64,000 nt of DNA, from NCBI GenBank assembly GCA_024690485.1, contig JAILPB010000129.1, positions 4,380 to 68,379 of the forward strand, in the 5' to 3' direction. The stretch is from Butyrivibrio sp. (lineage in GTDB: Bacteria; Bacillota; Clostridia; Lachnospirales; Lachnospiraceae). The position numbers were made by a program, and so were the translations under genes. This document shows, piece by piece, positions 10,315-19,964 of the stretch (within the stretch, counting starts at the first letter, position 1; each line of letters starts with the position of its first letter). The notes beneath the pieces are model-generated. The model worked only from the letters and a program-made list of their open reading frames with translations, did not search any database and was not told the DNA's origin.

Positions 10315-11245
10315 GCTCTACCTCATCGCGAATAACATACTGAGGATTGTTATTCTGTGAAATATATATGCGGCCTATGTACTCTCCTGCAAGGCCTACC
10401 ATTATCATGAGCATTCCGTTCATGAATACGATAGCGGTCATGAGAGCACTAAAGCCTGTTATTGGAAGAGTGGGATACATAAGCTTCTTGATGATGGTGT
10501 ACACACCATATATAAATCCAAGTCCCGCGAAGATTCCTCCAACTAAAGTTCCGATTCTAAGAGGCTTAATGCTAAAAGCGGTGAAACCGTTAATCCAAAG
10601 CCCCATAAGCTTACTGAATGTGTATCCGCTGCTTCCCACTGTTCTTGATCTGTGGGTAACATCTACGTTTACAATTTTCCTTGTGGTTCGAAGAACGAGT
10701 CCTATAACATAAGGATATGAACTCTTATACTTGATCATCTCATCCACAACATATCTTCTTGCAGCAAAATAACTGGACACAAAGAGATCCTTGGGTTTTC
10801 CAAGCATCACATGTGCCATCCACTCATTCATGGCTGTTCCGAAATTCCTGAAAAGGTTGTGCTTCTTGTGAGAATATCTGGCATAAACAACGTCTGCTCC
10901 TGCCTCAATCTGATAGAGGAGCTTTCCTACTTCGTCTGCAGGTGTCTGTCCGTCGTCATCAAGGCATACAATAATATCACCCTTAGACTTATTAAGTCCC
11001 GCCATAAGGGCTGCGTGCTGTCCAAAGTTTCTTGCAAGGCTAAAACCTCTTATTTCATCATGGCTCTTTGCCAGCTCACATATCTTATCCCAGGTATTAT
11101 CCGGTGAGCAGTCATTTACCAAAATGATCTCGTAGCCATATAAAGGCAACATATCCATTGCGCCTTCAATCTCAAGAATTACATCTTCAATTGTTTTCTC
11201 CGAGCGATAGCACGGAATCACAAAACTCACTAATTTATTTCGCAT
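10292..11245 (-). CDS. GT2 polyprenyl-phosphate glycosyltransferase (GtrB/ArnC-like)
   Basis: VIPCY, VNDCSPD, RNFGQHAALMAG, LDDDGQTP, R..G.SGY and two C-terminal TMs with GEYIGRIY. Confidence 0.9.
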   Translation of the reverse strand: MRNKLVSFVIPCYRSEKTIEDVILEIEGAMDMLPLYGYEIILVNDCSPDNTWDKICELAKSHDEIRGFSLARNFGQHAALMAGLNKSKGDIIVCLDDDGQTPADEVGKLLYQIEAGADVVYARYSHKKHNLFRNFGTAMNEWMAHVMLGKPKDLFVSSYFAARRYVVDEMIKYKSSYPYVIGLVLRTTRKIVNVDVTHRSRTVGSSGYTFSKLMGLWINGFTAFSIKPLRIGTLVGGIFAGLGFIYGVYTIIKKLMYPTLPITGFSALMTAIVFMNGMLMIMVGLAGEYIGRIYISQNNNPQYVIRDEVEHDANEEK

Positions 11246-11262
11246 AGCTATATTCTACCACA

Positions 11263-11781
11263 TTAAACTAATTTGTTTTCCATAAGTATCATGTCCTTAA
11301 CTTCGCCATCTGAACATTCAACATCAGGAAGGTCACTTAAAAATCTAAAGCCAGCATATTCATAACTCTTCATTGCTGCAGCATTATCCTTAAAAACCCT
11401 GAGGATAAGCCTTTTTATTCCAAGCTCATCCCTGGCATAAGCACACATAAGCTTTGCAGCTTCGTTTCCAAAGCCCTTGCCTATGGCACTGTCTTCTCCT
11501 ATGAAAATGCCATACTCAGCTTCTTTTTTATCGTAATCGATATCTCTAAGATAAACGCTGCCAACGGGCTCTTCGTTCTCGTTCTCACATATGATAAGCT
11601 GCACAACCTCTCCGGTCTCAACCTTGTTCTTCATCCAGGCTTCATGCCCCTCATTTGTGAAAACTTCTCTGTATATGAAGTTATTTCTTACCCTCGGGTT
11701 ATTTCGCCACTGAACTATCTTGTCAGTATCACTGTATTCTATATTTCTAAGGCTTACCTTAGTTCCTCTGCAAAGACTCAT
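11263..11781 (-). CDS. GNAT N-acetyltransferase (PseH/RimJ-like), probably acting on a nucleotide amino-sugar
   Basis: WRNNPRVR..F, HEAW, AEYGIFIGE, GKGFG, N.AA...YE..GF. Confidence 0.8.
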   Translation of the reverse strand: MSLCRGTKVSLRNIEYSDTDKIVQWRNNPRVRNNFIYREVFTNEGHEAWMKNKVETGEVVQLIICENENEEPVGSVYLRDIDYDKKEAEYGIFIGEDSAIGKGFGNEAAKLMCAYARDELGIKRLILRVFKDNAAAMKSYEYAGFRFLSDLPDVECSDGEVKDMILMENKLV

Positions 11782-13564
11782 GAGTTTCCTTTACCTTCCA
11801 AACTGCAAATATATCTGAAATATCCTTTACTCTTTCCATCTCAAACATTACTACTCCCTTATCAAAGTAATAATCAAAGAGCCAGTCCATATCATCATCA
11901 TGTAGTGTCACTACATAAGTATTATCACAGTTCATCACTGCTTCCTCAATACTCTCCGGAAGACCAAAGAACTTAAGCTTATCCTTTTCAGCAGGACTCT
12001 TTGAAGCCCAGCCCCCAAGAAGTGTCCAGTTTGCTGGACTGTTATCCACATCTTCAAACATCTTCTTAGAATAGGAATAACCTGAACCATCGTAGGAAAC
12101 AGAGGTATAAACATCTAAAAAGAAGAAGTTATCCCCATTACTCTTAAAGTAATCCTCAAGTTCCTCATAGGCTCTGTTATAAGCAACTCTTCCCTCGTAC
12201 TCTGTGTTAATAGCTTTAACCTGGGAAGGAGCAAAAACAAGCGCTACAACTGCACACAGAATCATAAAGGGAATCTGAGGCTTGGGCTCAGGAGCATTGT
12301 CTTCTTCCGTATTCTCAGTATCTGCAAGAGCAATGATCATAAGTGCTATAAGCACGATTATCTCCATAAGGAAAAGTGAATGGGTAATCCTTATGGGCGC
12401 TCTGCCCCTTACAAGGATGTAAAGCCACAGGGCACTTCTTCCCGCAAAAAGAATGACCACTCTAAAGGCCGCTGCTAATACTCTTTTCTTAAAGCTGTCG
12501 CCGTATTTGCAGTTCATCATTATGATGTAAAAGGCCGCAATATACAGGATTCCCGTAACAATGTTCCATGGCGCATAGGTCATGGGATATTCGTAAGCCT
12601 TAGGGAAAGATACGCTTCTAAGCTCATACAGATATCCGGGAATCGCTCTCGCTATCCTTTTTAAAAGAGGCTCCTTGGCATTTACGACTGCAGCATACTC
12701 TGCGATCTTTGCCATAGTCTCATGATTTATCTCATCATCAATTCCAAAGTTATAATCAACAAGGAGGTTGTACTCACTTTCAGATAAGCCAATCTCATCA
12801 TAAAAAGCTTTATTTTCCTGATAAGTGGGCACTCCGTAAAAGTCGTAGATTTGAGTCCTGCTGTCAAAGAAGGACACAAAATTCTTCCACTCCTCGCTGC
12901 TGTAGCCAAGCTTGTTTAATGTAACAGCCATAACAATGCAAATAGCCATGGCAATTACCAACCTTACATGGACAAAGATGTCTTCCTTTTTTCTGTAATC
13001 CTCAAGGACCAGATAGAACGCCACCAACAAAACAAAGGGCAGCATCAAAAGCGTCATCTCTGACCTTATTAAAAATGCCACAAAAACAAGGATCACAGGA
13101 AGCACTCTCTTTCTGTCGGCAACAAGCACAGCGCTCGCTGCACAAAGAATAGCCACAGTAAAAGTGTACTGAATAAAAACAAAATGTCCCGCCATAAGTC
13201 CAAATGCGCAGAAAAGCACAGCTGCTCCATAGAGAACCGACGCATGAATACTTTTTGCTTTTGAAGAAATGGTTTTGATTATAAGAAACACACCCAGGTA
13301 CTGGCACAAAAGAAGAAAAAGTCCGTACCAGTCAAAGCCCCTTATAGCCTTATAAAAAAGGCTAAGCACAAAGCTTATGGGATACTGCATCTGAATATTG
13401 TGACCTTCCGGGTTCCCGGTGAAAACTCCGGCAATAATGTCCTTCATAAGTACATCATCGTTAAGGTCAAAGAAATAATCGTACAAAAGTCCCATGATCA
13501 CAGCAAATGCAGTGACCATGAGACCTGAAATTATAAAGTTGGAGTTAGCTTTTGTTTTTTTCAT
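11759..13564 (-). CDS. Polytopic membrane protein, candidate GT-C glycosyltransferase
   Basis: Acidic motif DLNDD right after TM1, about 11-12 hydrophobic segments, LIRSE, soluble C-terminal domain; lies between rffA and the GNAT/GtrB genes. Confidence 0.5.
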   Translation of the reverse strand: MKKTKANSNFIISGLMVTAFAVIMGLLYDYFFDLNDDVLMKDIIAGVFTGNPEGHNIQMQYPISFVLSLFYKAIRGFDWYGLFLLLCQYLGVFLIIKTISSKAKSIHASVLYGAAVLFCAFGLMAGHFVFIQYTFTVAILCAASAVLVADRKRVLPVILVFVAFLIRSEMTLLMLPFVLLVAFYLVLEDYRKKEDIFVHVRLVIAMAICIVMAVTLNKLGYSSEEWKNFVSFFDSRTQIYDFYGVPTYQENKAFYDEIGLSESEYNLLVDYNFGIDDEINHETMAKIAEYAAVVNAKEPLLKRIARAIPGYLYELRSVSFPKAYEYPMTYAPWNIVTGILYIAAFYIIMMNCKYGDSFKKRVLAAAFRVVILFAGRSALWLYILVRGRAPIRITHSLFLMEIIVLIALMIIALADTENTEEDNAPEPKPQIPFMILCAVVALVFAPSQVKAINTEYEGRVAYNRAYEELEDYFKSNGDNFFFLDVYTSVSYDGSGYSYSKKMFEDVDNSPANWTLLGGWASKSPAEKDKLKFFGLPESIEEAVMNCDNTYVVTLHDDDMDWLFDYYFDKGVVMFEMERVKDISDIFAVWKVKETHESLQRN

Positions 13565-13576
13565 AATCGGTATTTT

Positions 13577-14713
13577 TTATAATGCCTTGTAGAATTCCTT
13601 AACTCTCATCACAACTTCATCAATATCTTCATTGGTAAGACTGTAGTACATAGGCAGTCTAAGGAGCCTTAAGCTCTCCTTGGTTGTATACTTATCCTCT
13701 CCGTGGAATCTGCTGTACTTAAGTCCTGCAGTAGATGTATGAAGAGGTACATAATGAGAAGCAGGAAGAATATCATTGCTCTTTAAGTGCTTGATAAGTC
13801 CTTCTCTCTCTTCTCCGTCCTTACATTTAATGTAAAACATATGAGCATTGTGCACACACTCGGAAGGAACATAGGGAAGCTCGATAAGTCCTGAATCTGC
13901 AAGATCCCTGAACGCTTCCATATATCTGTTATAATGATCCATTCTTGCGTCGTTTATCTCCTCTGCAAGCTGCAGCTGTGCATAGAGGTAAGCAGCGTTC
14001 ATATCACTTGGAAGATATGAAGAACCGGGCTGAAGCCATGTGTACTTATCAACCTTACCAAGCTGGTAAAGTGTACGGTTTGTACCCTTTTCACGGATGA
14101 TGATCGCATCGTTTACATAGGTCTCATCCCTAAGAAGAAGTGCTCCGCCTTCTCCCATACTATAGTTCTTGGTCTCGTGGAAGCTGTAGTTACCAAAGTC
14201 TCCGATAGCTCCAAGAGCCTTGCCCTTATAAGTGGACATAACGCCCTGAGCCGCATCCTCGATTACAAAGAGGTTATGTCTCTTTGCAATATCCATAATC
14301 GTATCCATCTCGCAGCCAACGCCTGCATAATGCATGGGAACAATGGCTCTTGTCTTTTCCGTTATGGCAGCCTCGATGAGATTCTCATCAATATTCATGG
14401 TATCAGGTCTGATATCCACAAATACTACCTTAGCTCCTCTTAAAACAAATGCATTTGCTGTTGAAACAAAAGTATATGAAGGCATGATAACTTCATCGCC
14501 TTCCTTAATTCCTGCAAGGATAGCAGACATCTCTGTAGCATGGGTGCAGGATGTTGTAAGAAGGCACTTGCTTACTCCTGTCTTCTCCTCGAACCATTCA
14601 TTATCCTTTTTGGTGAATTCACCATCACCACAGATTTTCTGGTTCTCTACGCATATCTTGATGTAATCCATTTCCTTCCCTGTGTAGGGAGGCACATTAA
14701 AATTTATTCTCAT
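13577..14713 (-). CDS. rffA: dTDP-4-amino-4,6-dideoxygalactose transaminase (RffA/WecE)
   Basis: ICGDGEFT, LTTSCTHATEM, PSYTFVSTANAFVLRGA, SFHETKNYSMGEGG, REKGTNR, VDKYTW, GSSYLPS, HYVPLH. Confidence 0.93.
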   Translation of the reverse strand: MRINFNVPPYTGKEMDYIKICVENQKICGDGEFTKKDNEWFEEKTGVSKCLLTTSCTHATEMSAILAGIKEGDEVIMPSYTFVSTANAFVLRGAKVVFVDIRPDTMNIDENLIEAAITEKTRAIVPMHYAGVGCEMDTIMDIAKRHNLFVIEDAAQGVMSTYKGKALGAIGDFGNYSFHETKNYSMGEGGALLLRDETYVNDAIIIREKGTNRTLYQLGKVDKYTWLQPGSSYLPSDMNAAYLYAQLQLAEEINDARMDHYNRYMEAFRDLADSGLIELPYVPSECVHNAHMFYIKCKDGEEREGLIKHLKSNDILPASHYVPLHTSTAGLKYSRFHGEDKYTTKESLRLLRLPMYYSLTNEDIDEVVMRVKEFYKAL

Positions 14714-14714
14714 A

Positions 14715-15176
14715 TTAGTTTTCCTTCTGCTCTAAGAAAATCTTTCTGGTAATAAAGTTGTAAACCATAACTATGCCTGTTGCACCGAATTTAAAGAACA
14801 GATTCTTTGCAAAAGCTTCACTCATTATACTCTGAAGCCATCCCCAATGCATATAGATAAGATCTATACCAATGAAGAGGCAAAGTTCGTTAACGCCCAT
14901 TCCGATGATACTGAGGATAAGGAAGATGATGAACTCCTTCTTTCTGCTCATATCTTCTCTTCTTACAAATACAAATTTAAAACTAAGAATGTAATTAACT
15001 ACTACGGATACTGAAAATCCTACAAATCCGGAAATAAGATAATACTTTGGAAATACTGAAGCAAAGCCTATGCTCTCAAATAAAAGGTTAGCCCCAAGAT
15101 AAAGGAAGTAATCCACAAAAAAGCAAAATACTCCGACAAGTCCAAACTTCATTATCTGCTGTAATAAATTATTCAT
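14715..15176 (-). CDS. GtrA family protein (polyprenyl-phosphate-sugar flippase)
   Basis: 153 aa, four TMs, KFGLVG, NYILSFKFVF, YNFITRKIF. Confidence 0.88.
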   Translation of the reverse strand: MNNLLQQIMKFGLVGVFCFFVDYFLYLGANLLFESIGFASVFPKYYLISGFVGFSVSVVVNYILSFKFVFVRREDMSRKKEFIIFLILSIIGMGVNELCLFIGIDLIYMHWGWLQSIMSEAFAKNLFFKFGATGIVMVYNFITRKIFLEQKEN

Positions 15177-15213
15177 AACTCCTCTTTCTAACTATCTGCT
15201 GATTCTCCCGGAA

Positions 15214-16992
15214 TCATTCTGCAGCATATACCATAAATCTTTCGTTATCAAAGACTTTATTATACTTCTGTGCGTCAAGGAAGTCCAATAATATGTCATA
15301 CTTGGCATCAGCACTGACTTCCCCCTCAAAATCCGGATTGATTATCACAACCGGCATGGGAGTGCTTCCTGCCCTAAGCTCCTCAATAGCTTCCTCAAAC
15401 TTCTCCACTGTATTTGAATCAAGATCAGGCCATGTGGAAAAAATAGCTGGATCCATGTTGTATAAATAAGCAAGTCCCGGAGCCTTACCAAACTGCATAA
15501 GGTTTCTTTCTGCAAGACCGTTGTCCATTAAAAACTCATAGGTCTCTGACACAGTTTCAGCATTGTACTCAGTAGTATACATGCCTGCTGCCCTTGGAAT
15601 ATCACTTGAACCAACCAGAACACTTCTCTTTTCGCCATCAGTTCCATCCACAAAGCTGTAGCAGAGGTGGAAAAATCCAGCCTGAGCGACAAGCGTAACA
15701 AGAATCGCCATATACATAGCTTTCCAGGTAAAGTGAAGCTCATGGGAACCTGCAGCCTGTCTCACTCTTCTAAACATCCACAAAATTGCGGGAGCAACAA
15801 TAAACATATTGTTGAGAAGAGGATATGTGTAATTATTACTTCCAAGAGGAGTAATAAATATGATCAAAAGTGTTCCCAGGCAAAATGCTCTCTCTGATCC
15901 TTGTCCGTTGAGGAAAGGTGTTATTCCAAGTACAAGGAACATAAGACCAAATACAAGGAACATCATTGCAGGCTCAAACATGGAATCATAGTAGTAATAA
16001 CTTCTGGTAAATACACCTCTCATGAAGAAGTATCTGATAAGTACCACAAGACCAATTACATATATTATTCTCTTTACCCAGTAATATCTTCCGGGCTTAA
16101 GCATAAGAAGAATTGCTGATGCAAAGATGCATGGAACCATAATAGCCATTCTGCTAAGACTTGTTATCCACGCCTTTATAATAAGCGAAAACATGCCGCC
16201 TGCAGCATAATCGGAAGCATCCTTTGTCATTGAAAAAAGTGAACCAATCATGTCACCATAGGCGCCAAATCCGTATTTCACGCATATGAAAAGATAGGGG
16301 ATCATAAATCCTATGGCATATCCAAGTATGCAGAACAGGGTCTTCCTTACAATCTCTTTGATTTCTCTTTTGTGGATACCCTCGTAATACCACAGGATCA
16401 CGATAAGTGCCGCTTCCAGAATATTAGGAAAACGCACCATAACATTAAGTCCAAGGAAAAATCCCGCAAGAGCAAACTTCCACATCTTCTTTTCATAATC
16501 TGTCATAGCATGCAAAAGAAAAAGCACGCCAAGTGTAAAGAACAGATATGTAAGATAGTTGTAAAGGATAACCCTGGGACACCAGCAAAGACTCTCAGCT
16601 ATCATGCATCCAAGGAATGTCATCCATCCGGGAATCCATCTTTGAAGCATGTAGTATGAAAACAGCGCTGTAATACTGATTATGAGCGTACAGTACATAT
16701 TCATCCCAAGCATTGAATCACCGCCGGGAAGATGTGAAAAAAAGCTTCCCAGAAGATTTGGAATGTATGTAGCCAAAAACCACATGGGATCAATGGCATC
16801 CCCATAGAGATAATTACCAAGACTGTAGGTTGTATCAGTGATATCAACACCTTGATTTACCCCAATAAAAGGATACAAAAGAAGTATTATGGGAAAGAGC
16901 CATTTTTCCATGGGCTCCTGATATTTTTTCAGTTTAAATACATACGCTCTAAGCGATCTTAATGTCAACATACCTTCCCCCGGGTCAAACAC
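15214..16992 (-). CDS. Polytopic membrane protein, candidate GT-C glycosyltransferase
   Basis: QGVDITDTTY acidic motif after TM1, LYNYL, VRFPN, about 12 TMs and a soluble C-terminal domain. Start codon uncertain (may be a later Met). Confidence 0.5.
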   Translation of the reverse strand: MFDPGEGMLTLRSLRAYVFKLKKYQEPMEKWLFPIILLLYPFIGVNQGVDITDTTYSLGNYLYGDAIDPMWFLATYIPNLLGSFFSHLPGGDSMLGMNMYCTLIISITALFSYYMLQRWIPGWMTFLGCMIAESLCWCPRVILYNYLTYLFFTLGVLFLLHAMTDYEKKMWKFALAGFFLGLNVMVRFPNILEAALIVILWYYEGIHKREIKEIVRKTLFCILGYAIGFMIPYLFICVKYGFGAYGDMIGSLFSMTKDASDYAAGGMFSLIIKAWITSLSRMAIMVPCIFASAILLMLKPGRYYWVKRIIYVIGLVVLIRYFFMRGVFTRSYYYYDSMFEPAMMFLVFGLMFLVLGITPFLNGQGSERAFCLGTLLIIFITPLGSNNYTYPLLNNMFIVAPAILWMFRRVRQAAGSHELHFTWKAMYMAILVTLVAQAGFFHLCYSFVDGTDGEKRSVLVGSSDIPRAAGMYTTEYNAETVSETYEFLMDNGLAERNLMQFGKAPGLAYLYNMDPAIFSTWPDLDSNTVEKFEEAIEELRAGSTPMPVVIINPDFEGEVSADAKYDILLDFLDAQKYNKVFDNERFMVYAAE

Positions 16993-17001
16993 TTTTTCTT
17001 T

Positions 17002-18753
17002 TTATCTCTGCAGAGACACCTTCTGTCCGTTTACTCTGTAAACCATATCGCACTTCTCGATTGTCTGAAGTCTGTGAGCGATGATTATGAGTGTCTTTCT
17101 GCCGTGAAGTCTGTTTATTGAATCCATGATAGCAGCCTCAGTCTCATTATCAAGAGCACTGGTTGCTTCATCAAGTACCAAAACTTCAGGGTCTTCAAAC
17201 AAAGCTCTGGCAATTCCGATTCTCTGTCTCTGACCACCTGATAATCTGATACCTCTTTCCCCAATGGTAGTATCAAGTCCATCCGGAAGTAATCTTACAT
17301 ATTCATCAAGCTGAGCCTCCTTAAGGGCTGCCCATACTTTTTCATCATTTATTTCTTCGTCAGGGATACCAAATGCAACATTCTTCCTGATGGTTGAATC
17401 CAGCATAAAAATGGTCTGAGGAATATATCCGATATTCTTAAGCCATTCAGGATAATGGTCCCTTATCTCAACTCCGTCTGCAAGGATCTCACCGGTCTCA
17501 ATTCTTAAAAGACCAAGCATGATATCAACGATCGTAGTCTTACCAGCACCTGATGTTCCAACGATACCAATGGACTTTCCTACGGGAATTGTCATATCTG
17601 CATTCTTAAGAACATAGGCTTCAGCGTTGGGATATTTATAGGTAATATTCTTAAGCTCAATTGTCTTATGAACAGGAAGCTTTTCAACTTCCTTCATCAC
17701 TCTGTAATCTTCTGCTTTATATGATACAGAACCGTCGTTAATCTCCTCCTGGAGGTTATCACTTACATTCATGAAAAACGGCTCAAAATAAGCTATTGAA
17801 GTAAGGTAATTGTTAATTCTGTTGGCACTTGGAATAAGTCTTGTTGCCGCAGCACCCATGACACCAACTAAAGTAACCATGTCCTTAAGAGCCTCGCCTC
17901 TTATTATTACAAGAAGCATATAGCCAACCATTCCTGCTACGCTTATGGTCTCAATAAGGAGTCTTGGTGTTGAATTGTACAGGTTATATTTCTGTACTGC
18001 ATGAACGTATCCTGCTCCGCAGTCTGCATAGCCGTTGATGAAATAGTTCTCTTTATTGGCAATCTTGATCTCCTTGATACCCATAACAGACTCTTCTATC
18101 CACTTGAAAAGTCCGCTGTAGTAATCCTGGTTATCCTGACCTGCCTTAACCATGATTGGCTTAATAATAAACTTTATTATAAGTAGCACTGAAACAAGTA
18201 AAAGCGCGATGGAGATAGTCATCTTGGCATCAATATAAAGAAGCATGATAACAAGGCACGCAAATACTATTGACTCAGATATCAGCTGAAGTGTACTTAG
18301 AATAAGGCCGTACATGTTGTTTACATCTGAGGTGATATTTCTCTGTATAACAGAGGTGTCAGCGTTTAGATAATACTCATAAGGCCTTTTCATGAAGTTG
18401 ATCATCATGCGCCTTGAAGTTGCAAACTGATTGGTATAAACAAATCTAAGCTGAACCACATTTATCAAAAACAAAACGATATTCTTTACTACAAATACCA
18501 CTATCAGAGCCACAAATATGATTATGGCAAACTCTGTAATGCTCTTACATCCAAGGAGGTTATAAATTGCTGACAGTTTCTTACTTTCCGATACCTTATC
18601 AGGATCTATTACCGTAGTCATTGCAGGCAAAAGCATTGCAATTCCCAAGGTCTCAAGGATACCTCCAAGGAGCATCATTATTACAATAAGCACCATCTGC
18701 TTTTTCTGGCGCTTATCGAGAAGCACCATCATTTTCTGATAAATCTTTTTCAT
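17002..18753 (-). CDS. ABC transporter, fused TMD-NBD, PglK/Wzk-type lipid-linked oligosaccharide flippase
   Basis: Walker A GTSGAGKT, LSGGQRQR, DEATSALD, IAHRL; PRLLIE and RLIPSANRI resemble the PglK arginine pocket; extra helix between TM1 and TM2. Confidence 0.85.
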   Translation of the reverse strand: MKKIYQKMMVLLDKRQKKQMVLIVIMMLLGGILETLGIAMLLPAMTTVIDPDKVSESKKLSAIYNLLGCKSITEFAIIIFVALIVVFVVKNIVLFLINVVQLRFVYTNQFATSRRMMINFMKRPYEYYLNADTSVIQRNITSDVNNMYGLILSTLQLISESIVFACLVIMLLYIDAKMTISIALLLVSVLLIIKFIIKPIMVKAGQDNQDYYSGLFKWIEESVMGIKEIKIANKENYFINGYADCGAGYVHAVQKYNLYNSTPRLLIETISVAGMVGYMLLVIIRGEALKDMVTLVGVMGAAATRLIPSANRINNYLTSIAYFEPFFMNVSDNLQEEINDGSVSYKAEDYRVMKEVEKLPVHKTIELKNITYKYPNAEAYVLKNADMTIPVGKSIGIVGTSGAGKTTIVDIMLGLLRIETGEILADGVEIRDHYPEWLKNIGYIPQTIFMLDSTIRKNVAFGIPDEEINDEKVWAALKEAQLDEYVRLLPDGLDTTIGERGIRLSGGQRQRIGIARALFEDPEVLVLDEATSALDNETEAAIMDSINRLHGRKTLIIIAHRLQTIEKCDMVYRVNGQKVSLQR

Positions 18754-18764
18754 ATATTCCTCAT

Positions 18765-19907
18765 TTAGTCATCTATAATCTGCTCATTTAATCTGTGGAT
18801 CTCGGGAGCCTCATATTTATCCATGAAATCATCCCCAAGGAAAAGTTTCTCATCCACAAATTTTAACGAATCAACGACGGTATAAACCGATACTAGTCTG
18901 TCAAACTTAAGGCCTTCTATGAAGTTTAGCATCTCCATGGGGAAGGTACCTGCAAGGTGGATAACATCCGGAAAGAGCTTTGCATAATCCAAATAATCTC
19001 TGGGGTGCTGCTTTATCATAACAACACTCTCCTTACCGCCTATTGTACCATATTCCTCGATAATGTCCCTAAACAGGCGCTCTCTGGTCTCAAGGTCACA
19101 GAGAGGCTCAGATAAAACAAGAACTCTTGGCTTTCCCTCTCCTTCGGAAAGTTTTTCCCTGAGCTCACCCATGTTATCCACAAAAATCCTTAGCATCTCA
19201 TTTTTATCTGACTGAGTAAGCTCATCAACAAGAGGCTGTCTTGGCACCTCGATGTACTTAGGACATGGATAATCAAGGATTGAGATATCATTAACTTCCA
19301 TATCTATGCAGTATCTGCCCCATCCGTTCTGAATAAAAATAAGACCGGTGGAAGCCATAAATGCCTTGAACTTAAAATGACCGTTGTTGTCATATCTTGC
19401 CTGATCGCCGTATTTAATACAGTTTAAGCCATCTTCCAGGGCATGATATCTTATCTTCTTGTAATTCAGATAGTATCCAATAGGATCAGAATCACAGAAA
19501 ACATATATATCCTTGTACTTTGTAAAATCAACAGGCACATACTTTTCCTGAAGGATCGCAAACTTTTTGCAGAACTTTATTCTGTTGAACATGTTCTTTA
19601 CAAGGTTTCCTGTGTCCTTTCTAAGGGGCGCAAGCTCCGGGAAAAAAGTATCAACCTTCTCATCATATTCAATAACTTCTTCAAAGAGGTAACTTTCCCT
19701 TGCTCTATCCACCATGGAGCCAAACTTGTTACTCATCTTGGAAAGAACAAGAGTAGCCCTTCCTGCGCCTTTGCTGCCGGCTGCTGCCTTGCCCTCTTTA
19801 AAGCCGTCCTTATTTTCCTTGGAAAACTCGTGTAATATATGAAATTCCTTAAGACATGCCACATACACATGATAAAAAGTGTGGCACACATAAATTCTTT
19901 CGTGCAA
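18765..19907 (-). CDS. Bacterial sialyl/nonulosonate transferase-like glycosyltransferase
   Basis: LEDG and KQHPRD match the (D/E)(D/E)G and HP motifs of bacterial sialyltransferases; TTG start after GAGGA; downstream of the pse genes. Confidence 0.7.
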   Translation of the reverse strand: MHERIYVCHTFYHVYVACLKEFHILHEFSKENKDGFKEGKAAAGSKGAGRATLVLSKMSNKFGSMVDRARESYLFEEVIEYDEKVDTFFPELAPLRKDTGNLVKNMFNRIKFCKKFAILQEKYVPVDFTKYKDIYVFCDSDPIGYYLNYKKIRYHALEDGLNCIKYGDQARYDNNGHFKFKAFMASTGLIFIQNGWGRYCIDMEVNDISILDYPCPKYIEVPRQPLVDELTQSDKNEMLRIFVDNMGELREKLSEGEGKPRVLVLSEPLCDLETRERLFRDIIEEYGTIGGKESVVMIKQHPRDYLDYAKLFPDVIHLAGTFPMEMLNFIEGLKFDRLVSVYTVVDSLKFVDEKLFLGDDFMDKYEAPEIHRLNEQIIDD

Positions 19908-19921
19908 TTTTCAATCCTCAT

Positions 19922-19960
19922 TTGCCGGCTATGCCGACAATTTCCCAGATTGACTGGGAA
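19922..19960 (-). promoter_or_regulatory. Tandem RNA hairpins in intergenic region
   Basis: Minus strand TTCCCAG-tcaat-CTGGGAA then TTGTCGGC-ata-GCCGGCAA (one G-U pair); no U-tract; immediately before the RBS of the 19907 gene. Confidence 0.45.
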
Positions 19961-19964
19961 CATT

